Positions 36,012-44,856 of a stretch of 64,000 nucleotides of DNA are shown piece after piece. The notes under the pieces are model-generated. The model was given only the letters and a program-made list of their open reading frames with translations. It searched no databases and was not told where the DNA came from. The stretch is from Myxococcota bacterium. GTDB taxonomy: Bacteria; Myxococcota_A; UBA9160; UBA4427. Each line of letters opens with the position of its first letter. The first letter of the stretch is position 1. Location of the stretch: assembly GCA_036336835.1 (NCBI GenBank), contig JAYZFK010000046.1, forward strand, positions 1 through 64,000, read 5' to 3'. The translations under genes and the position numbers were made by a program.

Positions 36012-37745
36012 ATGGACTCGAGCCGGCTCGGACCCGAACACCGCCGCGAGACGATCGAGCGACTCCGCGAGGAGCGATTCGACATCGTCGTAGTGGGCGG
36101 CGGCGTCACCGGCTGCGGCACGGCGCTCGACGCGGCCACACGCGGCCTGAGCGTCGCCCTGATCGAGCAACGCGACTGGGGCGCCGGCACCTCCAGCCGC
36201 AGCAGCAAGCTGATCCACGGCGGCCTCCGTTATCTCGAGCAGCTCGAGTTCGGGCTGGTTCGCGAGGCACTGCGCGAGCAGGCGCTGATGCTGAGCCGGT
36301 TGTGCCCGCACCTGGTGCGGCCGGTGCCCTTCCTGTTCCCACTGAGACGTCGTTTCTGGGAGCGCGCCTACATCGGCGCCGGCACCCTGCTCGACGACAT
36401 CCTGGGTGGCAAGCGCGCCCTGCCCGGCCACCGGCACCACTCGCGGACCAGCGCCATCCGACGCTTCCCGAGCCTGCGGCGCGACGCGCTCGTGGGCGCG
36501 ATCGAGTACTACGACGCCCTGGTGGACGACGCGCGCCACACGGCCACGCTGGCGCGCACCGCTGCCCGATTCGGCGCGGCTGTCGTGACCAGCACGCGTG
36601 TCACGGACTTCCTCGAGGCAGGTGGCCACGTGACCGGTGTCGCCGCGCGGTGTCTCGAGACCGGCGAAGAGCTCGAGGTGCAGGGCTCACGCATCATCAA
36701 CGCGACCGGCGTCTGGACCGATCGCGTGCAGCACATGGCCGACCGCGGACGCATCCGCGTTCGCGCATCGAAGGGCATCCATCTCGTCGTCCCCCGCGAC
36801 CGCATCCACGGCGATTCCGGCCTCATCCTGCGCACCAAGTCGAGCGTGCTGTTCGTGATCCCGTGGGATCAGCACTGGATCATCGGAACGACCGACACCG
36901 ACTGGAACCTCGATCTCGATCACCCGGCCGCGAGCCGGCGCGACATCTCCTACCTGCTCGGCGAGCTCAACCGTGTCCTGCGAGACCCACTCGATAGCAG
37001 CGACATCGAGGGTGTCTACGCCGGTCTGCGGCCCTTGCTGTCCGGCGAGACCGACAGCACCAGCCAGCTCTCGCGCGAGCACGCTGTCTCGGAATCCGCA
37101 TCTGGGTTGATCAGCGTCGCGGGCGGCAAGTACACCACCTATCGCGTGATGGCCAAGGATGCGGTCGACCTCGCGGCAAGCAAGCTGTCGCAGCGCGTCC
37201 CGGACTCGGTCACGCACCGCACGCTGCTCGCCGGTGCCGCGGGCTACTTCGCCACCTGGAATCAGCGCGAACGGATCGCGGCCGAGCACGATCTGCCACT
37301 CGCCCACGTCGAGCACCTGATCGGGCGCTACGGCTCGCTGATCGACGAGCTACTCGCGCTGATGCGCGAGCGCTCCGAGCTGCGCGAGCCGATCGACGGC
37401 GCACCGGGCTACCTGCGCGCCGAAGCCGTCTACGCCGCCTCGCACGAGGGCGCCCTTCACCTCGAGGATGTGCTCACGCGCCGCACGCGGATCTCGATCG
37501 AGACCTTCGACCGCGGCAAACGCGCCGCGCGCGAGGTCGTCGCGCTGATGGGAGGCATCCTCGACTGGGATGACGCGACCCGCCGACGCGAGCTCGAGCA
37601 CTACGACAAGCGCGTCGAGGCCGAGCGCGAGTCGCAGGAGCAGCCCGACGACCAGACCGCTGATGCCGCGCGCCTCGGTGCGCCCGACGTCCGCACGGGC
37701 GGGGGCGGGGGCGGGGGCGGCGCCGACGTCGTGCGGATCAAGTAG
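36012..37745 (+). CDS. glpD: FAD-dependent glycerol-3-phosphate dehydrogenase
   Basis: VVGGGVTG, GTSSRSSKLIHGGLRYLEQ, NATGVW, KGIH, GTTD, AGLRPL, LSREH, GGKYTTYR. Confidence 0.93.
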   Translation: MDSSRLGPEHRRETIERLREERFDIVVVGGGVTGCGTALDAATRGLSVALIEQRDWGAGTSSRSSKLIHGGLRYLEQLEFGLVREALREQALMLSRLCPHLVRPVPFLFPLRRRFWERAYIGAGTLLDDILGGKRALPGHRHHSRTSAIRRFPSLRRDALVGAIEYYDALVDDARHTATLARTAARFGAAVVTSTRVTDFLEAGGHVTGVAARCLETGEELEVQGSRIINATGVWTDRVQHMADRGRIRVRASKGIHLVVPRDRIHGDSGLILRTKSSVLFVIPWDQHWIIGTTDTDWNLDLDHPAASRRDISYLLGELNRVLRDPLDSSDIEGVYAGLRPLLSGETDSTSQLSREHAVSESASGLISVAGGKYTTYRVMAKDAVDLAASKLSQRVPDSVTHRTLLAGAAGYFATWNQRERIAAEHDLPLAHVEHLIGRYGSLIDELLALMRERSELREPIDGAPGYLRAEAVYAASHEGALHLEDVLTRRTRISIETFDRGKRAAREVVALMGGILDWDDATRRRELEHYDKRVEAERESQEQPDDQTADAARLGAPDVRTGGGGGGGGADVVRIK

Positions 37746-37756
37746 CAACGGCGCGC

Positions 37757-37795
37757 TGCCCAATCCCTGTGCAGGGGCTGCTTACCGGGCGGGCA
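37757..37795 (+). promoter_or_regulatory. Two tandem NtrC-type enhancer sites (TGC-N11-GCA)
   Basis: TGCCCAATCCCTGTGCA (37757-37773) and TGCTTACCGGGCGGGCA (37779-37795), upstream of the sigma54 promoter of amtB. Confidence 0.6.
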
Positions 37796-37852
37796 GAACC
37801 GTGCAGATCCTGGCCCATACCGGGCATAGCGCGGCCAGGCACAGTGCAGCGC

Positions 37853-37868
37853 CGGCATATCGATTGCA
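37853..37868 (+). promoter_or_regulatory. sigma54 promoter of amtB
   Basis: CGGCATATCGATTGCA, GG-N10-GC spacing. Confidence 0.72.
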
Positions 37869-37944
37869 CATCTCGGGCCCACTTCTTGGGCCCACTTATT
37901 CTTCATGGATACGGCCCCCATCACTGCCGTTTCCGGAGGACCGA

Positions 37945-39231
37945 ATGTTCACAACCGATCGCATGCGACGGGCTGCCGTTGCCGCTCTCCCCCTGCTCGG
38001 CCTGGCGGGACCCGCCTTCGCCGAAGACACGCTCAGCGCCGGCGACACCGCCTGGATCCTCACCAGCAGCGCCCTGGTGCTGATGATGACGATCCCCGGC
38101 CTCGCTCTCTTCTACGGAGGCCTGGTCCGGAGCAAGAACATTCTGTCAGTGCTGATGCAGTGCCTGCTCTCCGCCGGCTGGGTCACGGTGGTCTGGGTGC
38201 TGGTGGGCTACAGCATTGCGTTTGGCGGAGAGGGCATGTTCTGGGGCGGCCTCTCGAAGATGGGGATGAGCGGGGTCGGTCCCGACACTCTCAGCGGAAC
38301 GATTCCCGAATACGCCTTCTCCATGTTCCAGCTGATGTTCGCCATCATCACCCCGGCCCTGATGGTCGGGGCCTTTGCGGAGCGGATGAAGTTCTCTGCC
38401 TGGTTCGCCTTCCTGACCCTGTGGCTGATCTTCGTGTACTGCCCGCTTGCGCACATGGTGTGGGGCGACGGCGGTCTGATCGCGGGCTGGGGAGCGCTCG
38501 ACTTCGCCGGCGGTCTGGTGGTCCACATGTCCAGCGGATTCTCGGCCCTGGTCGCGGCTCTCTATCTCGGCAAGCGGAAGGGCTTCGGCAGCGAGGCGAT
38601 GCCGCCGCACAGCCTTCCGTTCACCGTGATCGGCGCGGCCCTGCTGTGGGTCGGCTGGTTCGGCTTCAACGCCGGGAGCTCGCTCGCGGCAGACGGCACC
38701 GCCGGGCTCGCCTTCTTCACCACCCAGACGGCCACCGGGATGGCGGTCGTGGGCTGGGTGGTGATCGAGTGGCTGCACCGCGGCAAGCCCACGGTGCTGG
38801 GCGGTGCGACGGCCGCCGTGGCAGGGCTCGTGGCGATCACGCCTGCTTGCGCCTTCGTGAGCCCGATGGGCGCGATCGGCGTGGGACTCGGCGCGGCGGT
38901 CTTCTGCTATGCGGCCGTCACCCTGCTCAAGCCGGCCATGGGCTACGACGACTCGCTCGACGTGTTCGGCGTGCACGGCATCGGCGGCGCCTGGGGCGCC
39001 CTGGCCGCGGGGCTCTTCACCTGGTCCGGCGCTACGGATGTCGTGAGCGGCCAGATCTTGATCCAGCTCAAGAGCATCGCCTTCACGGCGGTCTTCTGCG
39101 GCGGCATGACCATCGTGATCCTGGTCGTCCTCAAGGCGGTGATGGGTGACTTGCGCGTCGGCGAGGAGGAAGAGTCTCTGGGACTCGACCTGGCGGAGCA
39201 CTCGGAGACCGCGTACGACCGAATTGGCTGA
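37945..39231 (+). CDS. amtB: Ammonium transporter
   Basis: GLALFYGG, FQLMFAIITPAL, ERMKF, DFAGGLVVH, GWFGFNAGS, GLVAITP, DDSLDVFGVHG. Confidence 0.96.
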   Translation: MFTTDRMRRAAVAALPLLGLAGPAFAEDTLSAGDTAWILTSSALVLMMTIPGLALFYGGLVRSKNILSVLMQCLLSAGWVTVVWVLVGYSIAFGGEGMFWGGLSKMGMSGVGPDTLSGTIPEYAFSMFQLMFAIITPALMVGAFAERMKFSAWFAFLTLWLIFVYCPLAHMVWGDGGLIAGWGALDFAGGLVVHMSSGFSALVAALYLGKRKGFGSEAMPPHSLPFTVIGAALLWVGWFGFNAGSSLAADGTAGLAFFTTQTATGMAVVGWVVIEWLHRGKPTVLGGATAAVAGLVAITPACAFVSPMGAIGVGLGAAVFCYAAVTLLKPAMGYDDSLDVFGVHGIGGAWGALAAGLFTWSGATDVVSGQILIQLKSIAFTAVFCGGMTIVILVVLKAVMGDLRVGEEEESLGLDLAEHSETAYDRIG

Positions 39232-39373
39232 CCGGCGCTAGCTCGAAGCGGCCTCCCGTGCGATTCTCGGCGCGGGGAGGCCGCTCATGCTCGTGTCGCT
39301 CGCAGCCGTCGAGACCGCTCCGATCGTCGAGGATCCGCGCGCGCACCACGCTGTCGGCAAAGGCTGATCCAGC

Positions 39374-39673
39374 ATGCCGCTCTTCTGCTATGTCGGGTAC
39401 GACGGACCGTCGGGGCTCGCAAGGCGCCCCGACGTGCGTCCGCAGCACCTCGCGCACATGCAGCCGCTCGCCGAGGCCGGTCGCATCCGGTACGCGGGGC
39501 CGCTGCTCGACGAGCAAGGAGATCCCCGCGGAAGCCTGGTCGTGCTCGAAGCGGCGGACTACCACGAGGCCCGGCGAATCGCCGAAACCGATCCCTATCT
39601 CGAGCAGGGGGTGTTCGAGCGCGTCGACGTCTACCAGACGCGGCAGGTGCTCCCGGACCCGAGCGAAGACTGA
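39374..39673 (+). CDS. YciI family protein
   Basis: R…RPQHL…AGPL…GSL…DPY. Confidence 0.88.
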   Translation: MPLFCYVGYDGPSGLARRPDVRPQHLAHMQPLAEAGRIRYAGPLLDEQGDPRGSLVVLEAADYHEARRIAETDPYLEQGVFERVDVYQTRQVLPDPSED

Positions 39674-39676
39674 TCC

Positions 39677-40888
39677 ATGCGGGTCGCCTCCGCGCTCTCC
39701 CAGCACGTCGAAACCAGCCAGGCCGTCGTCCAGGCGCTCGAGTCGATCCACCGCGAGCTGGAGGGCGCCGATCCCGACCTGCTCGTACTGTTCGTCTCCG
39801 AGCACCACACCCGTCGGTTCGACGCCATCGCCCGTTCGCTGCGCGACACCTGGCCACGGACGTGCCTGATCGGTTGCGGTGCCAGCAGCGTGATCGGAGC
39901 GGGCCGCGAGATCGAGGGCACGCCGTCGATCGGATTGCTCGCGGCCCGGCTGCCCGGAGTCGAGCTCGCACCCTTCCACATCGAGGCCGACGCGCTCGCC
40001 GACCCTCCTGCGGCGTTGCGCGAGCGACTCTGCGCCCCGCCGCCCGCCGGCGCCGGTGCCACCAGTGTGCTGCTGCTCGCGGACCCGTACTCATCGGGCA
40101 CGGATGTCCTGTTGGCGGGCCTGGACCGCGCCCTGCCGGGCGCCAGCGTGCTGGGCGGGGTGGCCAGCGGCAGCCCGGGACCGGGCCGCGCCGCGCTCGT
40201 TGCGGGGGATGCCTCCACGCGCCAGGGCTGGGTGGGCGCCACGATGCACGGAGCGATCGACTTCCAGACGGTGGTGGCGCAGGGCTGTCGGCCGATCGGC
40301 ACGCCGATGTTCGTCACCCGGGGCCAGGACAACCTGATCCACGAGCTCGACGGCCACCCACCGATGCAGATCGTCCAGCAGCTGTTCGAGGAAGGCGATG
40401 CCCGCGAGCGAGCGCTCATCCAGAGCTCGCTGTTCATCGGAATCCAGATGCAGGCCGGGCGCACCGAGTACGGCCAGGGCGACTTCCTGGTGCGCAACCT
40501 GGCCGGAGCGGACGAGGACACCGGCGCCATCGCCGTAGGGGCCGAGATCGACAGCAACTTCGTCGTCCAGTTCCACCTGCGCGATGCCCACACGGCGAGC
40601 GAGGACCTCGAGCTCGCGCTCCGCAGCCGCACCCGGCTGCGCGAGCGGTTGCGCGGCGCCCTGCTGTTCTCCTGCCTCGGACGCGGTCGGGGATTGTACG
40701 GCATCGAAAACCACGACAGCGACCTGCTGAACAGCCATCTCGGTCCGGTCCCGCTCGCTGGTTTCTTCGGCAATGGCGAGATCGGCCAGGTCGAGGGCCG
40801 CACCTATCTGCACTCCTACACGAGCGCCTTCGGTCTACTGTGCGAGCCCGAGGCGGCGCCCCGCTCAGTTGCCCGCCGGCTCCAGTAG
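39677..40888 (+). CDS. FIST domain (FIST-N + FIST-C) signal protein
   Basis: LIGC, GGVASG, VAQGCRPIG, ELDG, FLVRN, FSCLGRG, AGFFGNGEIG, LHSYT. Confidence 0.9.
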   Translation: MRVASALSQHVETSQAVVQALESIHRELEGADPDLLVLFVSEHHTRRFDAIARSLRDTWPRTCLIGCGASSVIGAGREIEGTPSIGLLAARLPGVELAPFHIEADALADPPAALRERLCAPPPAGAGATSVLLLADPYSSGTDVLLAGLDRALPGASVLGGVASGSPGPGRAALVAGDASTRQGWVGATMHGAIDFQTVVAQGCRPIGTPMFVTRGQDNLIHELDGHPPMQIVQQLFEEGDARERALIQSSLFIGIQMQAGRTEYGQGDFLVRNLAGADEDTGAIAVGAEIDSNFVVQFHLRDAHTASEDLELALRSRTRLRERLRGALLFSCLGRGRGLYGIENHDSDLLNSHLGPVPLAGFFGNGEIGQVEGRTYLHSYTSAFGLLCEPEAAPRSVARRLQ

Positions 40889-42202
40889 CGACAACGCAAG
40901 GTTGGCGAGCGTGCGCATCCCGGTGCGCAGCGTCGGCTCGGGCAGCGGTGCATAACGAGAAGAGTGGAGCGATGGCAGAGGATCTCCGTCGGGCTCCTCT
41001 GCGGCGGCGACCCTCGCCGGATCGACTGAGCCCAGCCGATACAGCAGCCCGGGGACGCCCAACACGCGCGAATAGCGTCCGAAGTCCTCGCCCCCCATCC
41101 CGGGCTCTCGCGGGATCACGTTCTCGTCGCCGATCAGCTCGGCAAAGATACGGCCCGCGGCGGACGCCAGCTCGGGATCGTTGTAGACCGCGGGCGTGTG
41201 TTCGTCCTTCAGCGTCACGCTCGGCGGCTTCGGACACTGGAACGTGCGACAGGTGTCGTCGGCGATCTGGCGAATGCCGTCGAGCAGCAACTCGCGGACT
41301 TCGTCCGAGTAGGAGCGCACCGTCAGCTGCAGCCGAACCTCGTCCGGGATCACGTTGTGCTTGCTGCCGCCGTGGAAAGAACCGACAGTCACGACGGCTG
41401 GATCGATCGCGCGCACGCGCCGGCTGACGAGCGTTTGCAGCGAGGTCACTAGGTGCGCGCCCGCGACGATGGGATCGATCGCCTGGTAGGGCCGGGCGCC
41501 GTGCCCCCCTCGCCCGTAGAGCGTGATGTCGACCGAATCGACGTTGGCGGCCGACCATCCCGGGCTGATGCCGACGGTTCCCGCCGCCATGTCGCCGTCG
41601 ACGTGCAGCGCAATCGCGTACTCGGGGCGCGGAAACTTCTCGAACAGTCCGTCCTCGATCATCGCGAGCGCGCCCTGGCCGATCTCCTCGGCGGGCTGGG
41701 CGATCGCGACCAGCGTGCCGCGCCAGCGGTCGCGCAGCGCCGCCAGTAGCCGCGCGGTCCCGATCAGGTTCGAGGTGTGCACATCGTGGCCGCAGGCGTG
41801 CATCACACCCACGTCGCTGCCGTCGGGGCGCTTCGCCTGGACCCGGCTCGCGTAGTCGAGCCCAGTCGCCTCGGTAACCGGCAGAGCATCCATGTCGCCG
41901 CGCATCAGGACGACCGGCCCTTCGCCGTTGCGAAGCACGCCGACCACGCCCGTGCCGCCGACGTTCGAGGTCACCTCGTAGCCCGCTGCCTCGAGCGCGC
42001 GTGCCACCCTCGCCGCCGTCTCGTGCTCGTCGAGCGAGAGCTCGGGGTTCGCGTGCAGCTCGCGGTACAGCGCGACCACGCCGGCCAGCTCGCGATCGAT
42101 CCAGGCATCCGCCGCCTCGTTGGCCGAGCGCGGCTTCTGCCCTGCGACCGGAGCAGCCGCGAACATGGCGACGAGAAGCAGACCGACCATTCGAGTGACC
42201 AC
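40865..42202 (-). CDS. Secreted M20D family amidohydrolase
   Basis: LHANPELS, RGDMDALP, MHACGHD, QPAEE, GGHG, GEDF, LHS. Confidence 0.92.
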   Translation of the reverse strand: MVTRMVGLLLVAMFAAAPVAGQKPRSANEAADAWIDRELAGVVALYRELHANPELSLDEHETAARVARALEAAGYEVTSNVGGTGVVGVLRNGEGPVVLMRGDMDALPVTEATGLDYASRVQAKRPDGSDVGVMHACGHDVHTSNLIGTARLLAALRDRWRGTLVAIAQPAEEIGQGALAMIEDGLFEKFPRPEYAIALHVDGDMAAGTVGISPGWSAANVDSVDITLYGRGGHGARPYQAIDPIVAGAHLVTSLQTLVSRRVRAIDPAVVTVGSFHGGSKHNVIPDEVRLQLTVRSYSDEVRELLLDGIRQIADDTCRTFQCPKPPSVTLKDEHTPAVYNDPELASAAGRIFAELIGDENVIPREPGMGGEDFGRYSRVLGVPGLLYRLGSVDPARVAAAEEPDGDPLPSLHSSRYAPLPEPTLRTGMRTLANLALSLLEPAGN

Positions 42203-42205
42203 GGC

Positions 42206-43159
42206 TCAGACCTTCGCATGCCGGGCCAGGGAGCCCAGGATCTCGCGCAGCTCTCGCACGCAGTCGTGCAGGATCTCGCGGACGGGAACCACGCTCTCGA
42301 TCCGACCGGTCACTTGACCGGACAGCGCGATCGAGGCCTCCATGTCGCCGCCGAAGTAGAGGTCGAGCACCTTGCCAAGAACGTCGAGCTGCACCGAATC
42401 CTGGCGCTCGAGGTCCTCGCTGAAGCTGGTGCGCAGCGCTCGCAGCCCTGGGCGCCCGAAGCGGTTGATGAACACCGTGTCGGTCTCGCCGGAGTCGATG
42501 ATCTTCTGCTTGAAGTTGTGGTGGACCGGCGATTCGGCCGCCGACACCATGCGCGTGCCCATCTGGACCCCCTCGGCCCCTAGCGCAAAGGCGGCGGCCA
42601 TCGAGCGACCGTCCAGCATGCCACCGGCGGCGATCACAGGGACGTCGAGCTTCGTGCACACCAGCGGAAGCAGCACCATCGACGCGACGTCTCGCGGATT
42701 TTTGAAGCCACCGCCCTCGCCGCCCTCGACCACCAGCCCGTCGACGCCCGCCGCAACCGCCTTCCGAGCCGCGCGCAACGTCGGTACGACGTGGAATACC
42801 GTGAGACCCGCCGCCTTGAGCTGGGCCGTGTACTTCGTCGGATCGCCAGCCGACGTGGTGACGAAGCGCACGCCATTGTCGATCACGAAGTCGACGATGC
42901 TCGGGTCGCGCACGAACAGCTGCGCGATGTTCACACCGAACGGCTTGTCGGTGAGATCGCGCATCTTGCGAATCTCCTCGCGCACGGCGTCGAGCTCGCC
43001 CGAAGACGTCTCGATGATGCCGAGGCCGCCGGCGTTCGATACCGCAGAGGCGAGCTGAGCGCGCGCGATCCAGCCCATCGGCGCCTGCACGATCGGGTAG
43101 TCGACGCCGAGCAAACGGGTGATGCGGGTATCGAGGGGCGGCGGTGCGGTATTGCTCAT
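42206..43159 (-). CDS. Nitronate monooxygenase / FabK-like flavin oxidoreductase
   Basis: PIVQAPM, AVSNAGGLG, PFGVN, EGGEGGG, IAAGG, GAEGVQMGTR. Confidence 0.88.
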   Translation of the reverse strand: MSNTAPPPLDTRITRLLGVDYPIVQAPMGWIARAQLASAVSNAGGLGIIETSSGELDAVREEIRKMRDLTDKPFGVNIAQLFVRDPSIVDFVIDNGVRFVTTSAGDPTKYTAQLKAAGLTVFHVVPTLRAARKAVAAGVDGLVVEGGEGGGFKNPRDVASMVLLPLVCTKLDVPVIAAGGMLDGRSMAAAFALGAEGVQMGTRMVSAAESPVHHNFKQKIIDSGETDTVFINRFGRPGLRALRTSFSEDLERQDSVQLDVLGKVLDLYFGGDMEASIALSGQVTGRIESVVPVREILHDCVRELREILGSLARHAKV

Positions 43160-44856
43160 TGCTCAGACTCTACCGCCTCGAGCGGCGTCACCAGCCTGCG
43201 AATCCGCAGCACGCTGCCGTCCGCGCGCCGAGCCTCGACGACGAGCGTGTGCTCGCCCGATCCGAGCGCTGAGGCGTCGTAGTGAGCCGCCGCGAAGTAG
43301 GGGCTCCAGTGCTCGATCGCCAGCGGCCGGCCGTCGAGCCGGATGTGGAGCCCGACGAAGGGGCCAGCGACACCCACGGCCGCCACCACGACGCGCCGGG
43401 AGCCGCCCGGCCCAATCGGCGCGGTGCGACGCGGCGCGGTCGCATGGAGCGCGCGCTCGCTCGGCGGATCGACGAAACCGAGAACCGGCTCGCTGGTGGG
43501 CTTCCAGACCGAGTACAGCTCGCCGTCGCGCACCTGCACCAGGCGATAGCCGCGCGCAAAGGCATCCGATGGAAAGGACCAGCGCATGCCGGAGAGTGCG
43601 CCCGTTGTGATGTGCTGGGTCGCCTGCGACTCGGACAGTCCGTTCACGTGCAGATGGCCCGCGAGCGTCCAGCGTACGCCCGCCTGCTCGAGCTGCTCGG
43701 TCACCTTCCGATCGACGAGCGAGACGGCTCGCACCACTCGCGACCACTCCGGATCGTCGCTGAACGGCTCGTGATTGAGCACGACGGTCGGTCGGCCCGC
43801 GTGTTGTTTCAGGTCGGCTTCGAGCCAGGCACGAACGCCCTCGTCGAGCGTGCGGAAGCTCCAGTCTTCACCGTCGCGATCGACGAGCACATGCGTATCG
43901 AGCGCGATGAAATGCAGGTCTCCGCGGTCGAAGGAGTAGTGCGTCGGGCCGAAGTGGGCGCGGAATAGCGCCTTGCCGTAGCCACGGTCGCCCGGCACAA
44001 GATCCTCGTTGTCGCTGCCGGCGATCTCGTTGTTGCCAATCGTGTCGTAGAAGCGAAGGCCTGTTGCGCGCGTCTGCCGTCGGTAGAAGGTCATCCAGCG
44101 ATCGACCGTCGCTGCGTCGGCCTCGTTGCTCTCGAGCACCAGATCCCCGGTGCTGACGACGAACCGCGGGGCCAGCGAGCGCAGCTCGTCGAGCGACACC
44201 TCGAAGTCACCCACCGGGTCGATCGGCGGTCGCTCGTCGTCATCGCTCATCTGCGACAGCAACTCCACCCACTCGCCCATCACGCTCGCATCGCTCCAAC
44301 CGGAAACGTCGCGATGCTGCGAGACGACGCTCCGCATCGCGCGCGCCACGTCCCGCTTCGAGTAGTCCGGATCCTGGAATCGCAGCATCCACTGCACCGC
44401 CTTGCCGCGGAGCCATCGCGGCAGCACGACGATCGCGGACGGCACTGCGAACTTGGCGTAGTCGGCGACCCGGTCGGAGATGTGAACGTCGGAGACGTGA
44501 GCGAACACGAAGCTCGAGCCATCTGCCGTCCGCGGAACCAGGGCGAAGTCGCCGGGATCGGCCCGATACCAGCGCTCACAGTCGTAGCCAGACGGTCGGG
44601 TCAGCACCACGAAGCCGGCCGAGCCACCGTCGGGCTGCCCGACGTCGGGAGACCCGGAGGCGGGAAGCTCATAGCGACCTTGCGTATCGGTCTCGACCAG
44701 CGTGGCGCCCCGCGCGACGACCACCCCGGCCAGGCCGCGCTCGCCGTCCTGACGGACACCGTCCGCGTTGCGATCCTCGAAGACGAAGCCGGCGCGTGCT
44801 GCTGCCGGCGTGGCCGTCAGCAGGCTCGCCACGAGCGGCGCGAGCAGCCGGATCAC
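43156..44856 (-). CDS. Secreted calcineurin-like metallophosphoesterase with N-terminal SdrD-B-like and C-terminal Ig-like domains
   Basis: GFVFEDRNADG…GE; SDVH, TGD, GNNE, HEP, AGHLH; GTGA overlap with the upstream peptidase gene. Confidence 0.78.
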   Translation of the reverse strand: MIRLLAPLVASLLTATPAAARAGFVFEDRNADGVRQDGERGLAGVVVARGATLVETDTQGRYELPASGSPDVGQPDGGSAGFVVLTRPSGYDCERWYRADPGDFALVPRTADGSSFVFAHVSDVHISDRVADYAKFAVPSAIVVLPRWLRGKAVQWMLRFQDPDYSKRDVARAMRSVVSQHRDVSGWSDASVMGEWVELLSQMSDDDERPPIDPVGDFEVSLDELRSLAPRFVVSTGDLVLESNEADAATVDRWMTFYRRQTRATGLRFYDTIGNNEIAGSDNEDLVPGDRGYGKALFRAHFGPTHYSFDRGDLHFIALDTHVLVDRDGEDWSFRTLDEGVRAWLEADLKQHAGRPTVVLNHEPFSDDPEWSRVVRAVSLVDRKVTEQLEQAGVRWTLAGHLHVNGLSESQATQHITTGALSGMRWSFPSDAFARGYRLVQVRDGELYSVWKPTSEPVLGFVDPPSERALHATAPRRTAPIGPGGSRRVVVAAVGVAGPFVGLHIRLDGRPLAIEHWSPYFAAAHYDASALGSGEHTLVVEARRADGSVLRIRRLVTPLEAVESEQ

